Shown piece by piece: positions 57,937 to 64,000 of a stretch of 64,000 nt of DNA (position 1 is the first letter of the stretch; every line of letters starts with the position of its first letter). Made by a program: the position numbers and the translations under genes. The stretch is from Candidatus Omnitrophota bacterium (lineage in GTDB: Bacteria > Omnitrophota > Omnitrophia > Omnitrophales > Aquincolibacteriaceae), in the NCBI GenBank assembly GCA_022709525.1, contig JAKLIQ010000004.1:73260-137259 (forward strand). The letters are read 5' to 3'. A model generated the notes under the pieces. It worked only from the letters and a program-made list of their open reading frames with translations. It was not told the DNA's origin and ran no database searches.

Positions 57937-59649
57937 ATGCCGGCTCTTATCGAGAAAAATATAATGAGCACAAAAAAGGTCGCCATCCTGGAAACAAAAG
58001 CGCAAGCGGACTTTTTCTGCGCCCAACGGCAAGCCCAGGAGTTTTCACGTGTTGCGATTTTCTTTCCTAAGCGGTTCATTCGCGCCGCCTCCGCCTGGCC
58101 GCTCGCTTACGAAGATGGCTATACGGACAACCGACATCTTTACCGTCAACAAATGGTGCTCTGCCGCTACGTCCAAGATCTATGCCGCGATCTCGTCGGA
58201 ATCCATCCCGATCTGATCGTTAACGGCATTAATCTACTCAATTGTTTTTTTAGGGATCTCTTTTATTTCGTTTATGCTCTATACCGAAACGAAAAGTTCT
58301 TCCACGCTTTTCTCGAAAAAGAGCGCTTTGAGCGAGCTGTGATCCTTAAAGAAAAATTCCAGACCGCGGAAAATAATCCCTTGAATCAACACTTTGAGGA
58401 ATTCTGCCATCGAGAAAGGATCCCGACAGATATCCTCGAACTACCGCTTAAGAAAAAAAATCCAGACAAAAACGCCGATTCGGATTTATTGAAAAAAATC
58501 TTAAATTTTCTCACGCGATTGCGTTACAGGACCGGCCCGCAAACCCTTCTGGCTATGAAAGATTCTTTGTTTTTTCTCTTGGCAGATACGATGCGAGGTC
58601 AGGCACTTGCGGCTTTCCCTTCTAAGGTCAATTACCGACGTTTTTTTGAATATTTTTCGCGCGACATTCAAATCCATCATCTCATTAAAACTGCCATCCC
58701 TGAACAAAAACCACTGCTACCTTTCGAGCTCCCCGAACCAAGGATTGATAATGTGGTCATACCGCTTCGCTCAGAGCTTTTTCGCCGTTTCATTTCTGAA
58801 AAAGCAGCCTTGGTTCGAAGTATTTTACCGTCACTTTCCGATTTTTTAATCCGGAGCAAACCGGAAAAAATCATTCTTGATGAAGATATGACCGTGATCG
58901 CTCGCACTTTAGCGTTGCTGGCGCGAAAAAACCGAATTCCCACTACCGTCGTCCAACATGGTTCTTTGATCCGAGAAGATGCAGCGCCCGGCTTCTTTCC
59001 CCTCGAAGCCGACAAATTGGTCGTTATGGATAAGATGATTCATCGTGAACTATGCGACATTATTCCTTCAGAACGGATGGAGATTAATGACTATGGTTAT
59101 TTCAATAATTTGACCACCTACGCCGGCCCAGCCCGCTCAACTGCACTGCTAAAACAACATGGCCTCGAATCCCAAAAATATATCCTTGTTATCAATCCGA
59201 ACAATAAATGGACCGGCATGCGCGGCATTCCGATCCGTCATATGACGCCGGCGGTCTATGAACGCTTCCTGGAAGGACTTTTGTCCCTTGTTCAGCGATT
59301 CCCGAAAATGATTTTTGCTCTCAAATTAAGGCCCGGCGATCTCGCGCCTGAAAAATATGCTTACTTGGACGCGGATTTTCAAAAACTCCCTAATTTCCAT
59401 CTCGTCGCGGGAAATCAAGAAGCGGCATGGGGACTTTTAGCCACCGCTTCTTGCGTGATCTCACCCGTATGGTCAACCGCCGTGGTTGAAGCGATAAAAT
59501 TGAACCGGCCCGTTTTTTTCTGGGATCTGCAGGAAGCTTACGAAAAACTCGATAGCCTGTTGCTTGATCCTAACTTTCATCGCGTCAAAACAAAAGAGGA
59601 GCTTGAATCCGCCCTCTTAAAACTGTCGGCTAATGAGATCTTTCGATGA
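57937..59649 (+). CDS. Hypothetical protein (570 aa); possible GT-B/capsule-synthesis-like transferase
   Basis: The C-terminal third resembles GT-B/TagF/KpsS-type C-domains (VISPVWSTAVVEAIKLNRPVFF). No definitive motif. Confidence 0.45.
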   Translation: MPALIEKNIMSTKKVAILETKAQADFFCAQRQAQEFSRVAIFFPKRFIRAASAWPLAYEDGYTDNRHLYRQQMVLCRYVQDLCRDLVGIHPDLIVNGINLLNCFFRDLFYFVYALYRNEKFFHAFLEKERFERAVILKEKFQTAENNPLNQHFEEFCHRERIPTDILELPLKKKNPDKNADSDLLKKILNFLTRLRYRTGPQTLLAMKDSLFFLLADTMRGQALAAFPSKVNYRRFFEYFSRDIQIHHLIKTAIPEQKPLLPFELPEPRIDNVVIPLRSELFRRFISEKAALVRSILPSLSDFLIRSKPEKIILDEDMTVIARTLALLARKNRIPTTVVQHGSLIREDAAPGFFPLEADKLVVMDKMIHRELCDIIPSERMEINDYGYFNNLTTYAGPARSTALLKQHGLESQKYILVINPNNKWTGMRGIPIRHMTPAVYERFLEGLLSLVQRFPKMIFALKLRPGDLAPEKYAYLDADFQKLPNFHLVAGNQEAAWGLLATASCVISPVWSTAVVEAIKLNRPVFFWDLQEAYEKLDSLLLDPNFHRVKTKEELESALLKLSANEIFR

Positions 59650-61157
59650 CATCACGCGGTACGGTTAAAACACGCGTTTTTAAAGATACGGCGATCTATT
59701 CTGTCGCCAATTACATCGCGCAGGGGATCGGCGTTATCAACAGCATTATTCTCCGACAGTTCATGGGCCCACAAGCCATGGGGGTTTGGAGCGTGCTTCA
59801 GGTGATCTTGGGTTATTGCGGCTATGCTAGCATGGGAACAACGCGAGCGATGGCGCGAGATTATCCGTTGCTCCGTGGACGCGGAGATTTTGAAAAAGCT
59901 GAAAAAATGAAGAATCTTACGCTGACCTTCAGCATGGTTATGTCGATCATTCCGGCGCTGCTCCTCGCAGGCTACGCGATTTTTAAAAGCGGGTCCCTTG
60001 AGCGATCCTTTTTGATCGGTATCCTTTTTCTGGTCTTTTTCCTTTTTATTCAACGCTTCTACGATTTTGTACTGACCCTATTGCGGACCGAAAAGAAATT
60101 TAACCTTCTTAGCGGCATTGTGGTCATTAATGCCGTCGTCGGTCTTATCGTAACTCTGACTTTCGTAAAATTCTGGAACATCTACGGACTTCTAGCCGGC
60201 ACTTTTGTTACGACTATGCTGTTGATCTTTGTGATTTTCCGCTATGACGCCTACGATTTTAAGTTTTTCTGGCATCTTCCAAGCATTTGGAGCGAATTGA
60301 AGCTAGGGGTCCCTCTCGTTGGATCGGCTTTTCTTCTGACCATTCTATCGGGGATCGATAAACTTATTATCGCTAAAAAGCTCGGATTTTATGACGCCGG
60401 TCTCTATTCCATCGCAATGATGTGCAGTAATTATATCTTCACCCTTCCGATGATGTTCTCTCATGTCGTGTACCCGAACCTCATGGAATCCTTCGGCAAG
60501 ACCGGTGATTCACGTCAGGTGCTGGGATATCTAACCAAACCCATCCTTGTTTTTTCGGTGATGGTCCCATTCTTCTGCGGGCTAGCGATCTTCCTCATGC
60601 CAATCATCACTCAATTGTTCCTGCCGAAATTTATTCCGGGGCTACCTGCGATGGCTATCTACCTGATCGGCATTTATTTCATGCTGATGGGACAATTCGC
60701 CAACAATTACTTGGTAGCACTGGATAAATATTTGATCACTATTCCCATCTTAGGAGTAGCGATCGCCATAAATTACTTTTTAGGCCTTTTTTTGATCCAT
60801 TTAGGGTGGGGGATCTCCGGCGTCGCTCTTTCCACGGTTTTCGCTTACGCAGCCTACGGCATCATGACTTTCATCGCCGCTCTTCTCAAAGCCATGACCC
60901 CGAGAGAAAGCGTCATTACCATTTTGGAGAATTTAGCCCTTTTCATTTTGTATTTTACCGGCATCCTGTTCTTGGACCGGTATCTGAAATTGGACAATCT
61001 CTATATGACGGCGGGATTGAAATGCTTCGGCCTGGTCTTATACGCGCTGCCTTTTTGCAGGATCCTTGAAAAGAAAACGGGGGTCATCTCCACGCTCCTT
61101 TTGACAAAAAAAATCCATTTTGAAAAAAACCCGGAACTCGACGATCAGGGAGCATGA
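59646..61157 (+). CDS. wzx: Oligosaccharide flippase (Wzx; MOP superfamily polysaccharide biosynthesis protein)
   Basis: 503 aa, ~14 transmembrane helices, with the N-terminal pattern typical of PST-family flippases. Confidence 0.8.
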   Translation: MTSRGTVKTRVFKDTAIYSVANYIAQGIGVINSIILRQFMGPQAMGVWSVLQVILGYCGYASMGTTRAMARDYPLLRGRGDFEKAEKMKNLTLTFSMVMSIIPALLLAGYAIFKSGSLERSFLIGILFLVFFLFIQRFYDFVLTLLRTEKKFNLLSGIVVINAVVGLIVTLTFVKFWNIYGLLAGTFVTTMLLIFVIFRYDAYDFKFFWHLPSIWSELKLGVPLVGSAFLLTILSGIDKLIIAKKLGFYDAGLYSIAMMCSNYIFTLPMMFSHVVYPNLMESFGKTGDSRQVLGYLTKPILVFSVMVPFFCGLAIFLMPIITQLFLPKFIPGLPAMAIYLIGIYFMLMGQFANNYLVALDKYLITIPILGVAIAINYFLGLFLIHLGWGISGVALSTVFAYAAYGIMTFIAALLKAMTPRESVITILENLALFILYFTGILFLDRYLKLDNLYMTAGLKCFGLVLYALPFCRILEKKTGVISTLLLTKKIHFEKNPELDDQGA

Positions 61158-61268
61158 ATCGTTGGGGATTTCTTTGTTTTAATTGAGTATTTCGAGAGCA
61201 TTTGCTAGATTACCTGGCATTCTGCTTAAACGGTCTATTTTTCAAACACCTAGGAAGGCGATTCGACC

Positions 61269-62303
61269 ATGAAAACGCGGCTTTTACGGTATTTAAGATG
61301 TCCTCATTGCCAAAGCGCCGAACTCGGGTCTCACGCTTTCAAAACCCATGATTCCGAGATCGAAAGCGGACTGATCATTTGTCAGACATGCCGCGTATGG
61401 TACCCGATCACGGAAACCATCCCGATCGTTTCAACCAATCCCTTGCTTGTGGAAGAGATTAAAAAAGAAATGCGAGCCGTTTGGGGCCATGAATTCGATT
61501 TCAAGAATCTCGTTACTTCAAGAAACGCCGCATCAGACCAAACTTTCGCTTTAACGCAACGGGAACAAATCGAACACTATAACGAAGAGGCCGTGCGTTA
61601 TGATGCCGAAATCGCCGATACGGTTTTTTGGCGATCGGTGGTCGATCAAACCATTTGCCAATGGGCCCGATCCGAAAAAGTCCGCGAGGGAATCATTCTC
61701 GAGATCGGATGCGGCACGGGCGCTTCGACCGTAAAACTTGCCAAAATGGGCTGCCGCCTGATCGCTTTGGATATCTGCCTCACAGCCGCTAAACGCGCGC
61801 TTGCGAAGGTTCGCGATCAGGGTCTTGGTGAAAATGTCGACCTGCTTGTCACTGAGGCGGAATCCCTGCCGTTCCGCCATGATATTTTTACAGCCAGCGT
61901 TTTTACGGGCGTGCTTCATCATGTCGCCAGTCCAAGCCAGGTACTCAAAGAAATGTCGCGGGTCTTAAAAAGCGGCGGATGGGTCTACGGGCATGAAAAT
62001 AACGCGTCCGCCTTTCGCTTTCTTTTCGATTTGATGATGAAAATGAAACAGCTCTGGCATGAAGAGGCGGGAACCCATCCGCTTCTCGAATCTAAAAAAA
62101 CAAAAGAGTGGGGACGCCAAGCGGGCCTGGATATTCAAACCGACAGCATCGTTTTCCTGCCGCCTCATTTCTTTAATCTGCTTTCGCAGCGAACAGCCCA
62201 AAAGCTTTTGCGTATGACCAATAAATTTTTCGGATGGATCCCATGGCTTAAAGATCAGGGAGGGCTTTTAATCATTTCGGGAATCAAGACGGGTCCGGCG
62301 TAA
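61269..62303 (+). CDS. Class I SAM-dependent methyltransferase with N-terminal Trm112-like Zn-ribbon
   Basis: CPHCQS...CQTCRVWYPITETIPI (Trm112/DUF343-like), then motif I LEIGCGTGAS. Confidence 0.8.
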   Translation: MKTRLLRYLRCPHCQSAELGSHAFKTHDSEIESGLIICQTCRVWYPITETIPIVSTNPLLVEEIKKEMRAVWGHEFDFKNLVTSRNAASDQTFALTQREQIEHYNEEAVRYDAEIADTVFWRSVVDQTICQWARSEKVREGIILEIGCGTGASTVKLAKMGCRLIALDICLTAAKRALAKVRDQGLGENVDLLVTEAESLPFRHDIFTASVFTGVLHHVASPSQVLKEMSRVLKSGGWVYGHENNASAFRFLFDLMMKMKQLWHEEAGTHPLLESKKTKEWGRQAGLDIQTDSIVFLPPHFFNLLSQRTAQKLLRMTNKFFGWIPWLKDQGGLLIISGIKTGPA

Positions 62304-62307
62304 AATC

Positions 62308-63720
62308 ATGATTATTTGGAACGCGTTTTATAAATATTTCCTTGAGCGAGGAAACACCCCTAAATATATCGCCCTCGGGATACTCATCGGACTTTTTCTT
62401 TTTAAACGATGGGGGATATCGGAATGGTGCCGGACTCATTTTTCAAAAATCTCCCAGAAAAAATGGCTTTTGCTCATCCTGGTCATCGGATTCTTGCTGC
62501 GTTTAGCATGGATCTTCTGGTCCCCGTATAGTCCTCCGGCGGCAGGGACCGAGGACTACGTCATGATCCGGCATGCTCAAGACCTTGTTGCGGGTAACGG
62601 CTATGTCACAACCGAAGGCGCTCCAAGCGCAGACCGTCCGATCGGATACGCCATTCTACTCGCCGGGATCTTTAAAGCGTTCGGAGAGAATCTTGATTGG
62701 GTGGCTCTTATGAACGCCTTTTTAAGCCTCGTCACGATCTGGCTTGTCTACCGGCTGGGTCTTTTGTTAAAAAATGAGCTCGTCGGGTTGCTGGCTGCGT
62801 TTTTTGTTGCGATCTATCCGACATCCATTTTCGCCTCACGGATCGTTCTGGAAGAGCATGTTTTTATCCCGATGTGGCTTGGGGGGATTTATCTTCTGAT
62901 CCGAGATTATCAAAATCCGTCCTGGAAAAAACTAATTGGCGCGGGACTTCTTTTTGGGATCGGTGCCCATATGCGGACTTTCTCCTTCGCTATGGGACTA
63001 GTGGTTTTCCTGATGTGGTTGTTCGCTAAAAAGAAACCTGGGCAGGCGATCCTGCGGGCGCTGATAATCCAGGCGATCATTTTGATCTTCGCGGTGCCCT
63101 GGGCGATTCGCAATCAACAAAAACTCGGCGAGCCGGTCCTTTACACAACTTGGATCGGAGCCGCGCTCTATTTCTCCAATAACGATACGAGCGATGTCCG
63201 CTATCCCATCAATCCTACGCGTGAACAAGGCGGGGATCTGGCCTTTTCAAAAGCACAAACAGAGATTGAAAGGAATCGCGCTGGAAAAAATGCCGCTTTT
63301 GAATGGATAAAAACACATCCTGTCACTTTCTTGCAAAAAGCTATTGGCCGTCTCATTTATATGCTTGGTCTTACGCGGGAAGGCTGGACCGTGACCGATA
63401 ACTTCAACACCATTAAAGCCGGCCGAACACGCCCCTCCGACAAGGCGATCAAAAAACTCAATAAGGCGGACAATGATTATTATGGGACCATTTTTCTTCT
63501 CGCGGTCTTTGGAACGATCATTTTTCTCCTTCCAGGAGAAATGCGCTCGCATCAGGCCGGGATCGGTTATCTGTTTCTAACATTAGCCTATTATTTTTCG
63601 ATCATTGCCCTCACAATGGGACACCGAAAATATCGCTTTGCGATAGAACCGTTTTTCTGCCTGTTGGCGGCTTATGGCATTTCCTTTTTCTTTACACCTC
63701 CTAAACGCATCGAGTCGTGA
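62308..63720 (+). CDS. GT-C fold membrane glycosyltransferase (PMT_2/ArnT-like)
   Basis: Polytopic membrane protein with an acidic motif (TEDY) in the first periplasmic loop. Confidence 0.65.
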   Translation: MIIWNAFYKYFLERGNTPKYIALGILIGLFLFKRWGISEWCRTHFSKISQKKWLLLILVIGFLLRLAWIFWSPYSPPAAGTEDYVMIRHAQDLVAGNGYVTTEGAPSADRPIGYAILLAGIFKAFGENLDWVALMNAFLSLVTIWLVYRLGLLLKNELVGLLAAFFVAIYPTSIFASRIVLEEHVFIPMWLGGIYLLIRDYQNPSWKKLIGAGLLFGIGAHMRTFSFAMGLVVFLMWLFAKKKPGQAILRALIIQAIILIFAVPWAIRNQQKLGEPVLYTTWIGAALYFSNNDTSDVRYPINPTREQGGDLAFSKAQTEIERNRAGKNAAFEWIKTHPVTFLQKAIGRLIYMLGLTREGWTVTDNFNTIKAGRTRPSDKAIKKLNKADNDYYGTIFLLAVFGTIIFLLPGEMRSHQAGIGYLFLTLAYYFSIIALTMGHRKYRFAIEPFFCLLAAYGISFFFTPPKRIES

Positions 63721-63726
63721 TCTTTT

Positions 63727-64000
63727 ATGGAACAAAACCGAAAATTGAAAATCTCACTTTTTATCCCGGTCTATAACGCGTTCGCTTATATCCCGCACGC
63801 CCTTAACGAATCCTACCGGGCGCTTTCTGAATGCTGCGAAGCCTTCGAAATCGTGGTTGTCGATGATAATTCGAACGATCAAACTGCCTCTTTCCTGCAA
63901 AACATTGAGCAGGCGCAATACCCGCAGGATAAAAGAATACGCGTCGTTAAAAACACAACAGGCCCTTCGCGACGCGAAAACCTGGCAACTGCTTTTGCTT
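63727..64000 (+). CDS. GT2 family glycosyltransferase (3'-truncated at window end)
   Basis: LFIPVYNA and VVDDNSNDQT motifs. Runs off the window. Confidence 0.75.
   Translation, partial: MEQNRKLKISLFIPVYNAFAYIPHALNESYRALSECCEAFEIVVVDDNSNDQTASFLQNIEQAQYPQDKRIRVVKNTTGPSRRENLATAFA

Overview
This 64-kb window comes from a diderm bacterium (it encodes LptD and RpoN). Its first ~9.5 kb is a short housekeeping stretch, and the rest, from ~9.6 kb to the end of the window, is a dense, mostly co-directional locus for cell-envelope glycan biosynthesis.

The housekeeping stretch holds a 5'-truncated gltD-like oxidoreductase, tRNA-Thr(CGU), rpoN, accD behind a near-consensus sigma70 promoter and a hairpin leader, an orphan sugar-type ABC ATPase, two tandem GAF-GGDEF diguanylate cyclases, and lptD.

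The glycan locus contains these modules:
- ugd, short-form rmlA, rmlB, rmlD (no rmlC), a UDP-glucuronate decarboxylase, a GT2 polyprenyl-phosphate sugar synthase and an ArnT/PMT-like GT-C transferase, joined by a chain of overlapping start/stop codons.
- korABC, a housekeeping 2-oxoacid:ferredoxin oxidoreductase inserted in the middle of the locus.
- A CsbB-like GT2, a flippase-like membrane protein and a YfhO-like GT-C fused to a methyltransferase, plus further pairs of GT2 Dpm1-like enzymes and GT-C transferases.
- A four-gene module (PEP-utilising ATP-grasp kinase, class-I glutamine-amidotransferase/C26 hydrolase, LicC-like cytidylyltransferase, P-loop kinase). Its composition and order mirror Campylobacter jejuni cj1418-cj1415, which make the cytidine-diphosphoramidate precursor of capsular O-methyl phosphoramidate. 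It is followed by a divergent CDP-alcohol phosphotransferase-family membrane protein.
- A heptose module: an epimerase, a reversed-order HldE-like bifunctional enzyme, gmhA, a radical SAM enzyme and a minimal split transketolase.
- A second block of GT-C/GT2/methyltransferase/SDR genes.
- A non-canonical pseudaminic-acid module (pseC/B/F/G/I, but twin formyltransferases, a WbqC-like protein and a PIG-L deacetylase instead of an obvious PseH, plus a radical SAM enzyme), then wzx, a Zn-ribbon methyltransferase, a GT-C and a partial GT2.

No rRNA, CRISPR array, transposase or integrase was seen. The most notable prediction is a MeOPN-like phosphoramidate decoration pathway outside Campylobacter, with a different final kinase and a candidate CDP-alcohol-phosphotransferase-type transferase.

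All functional calls are from reading motifs and architecture by eye. No database search was run.
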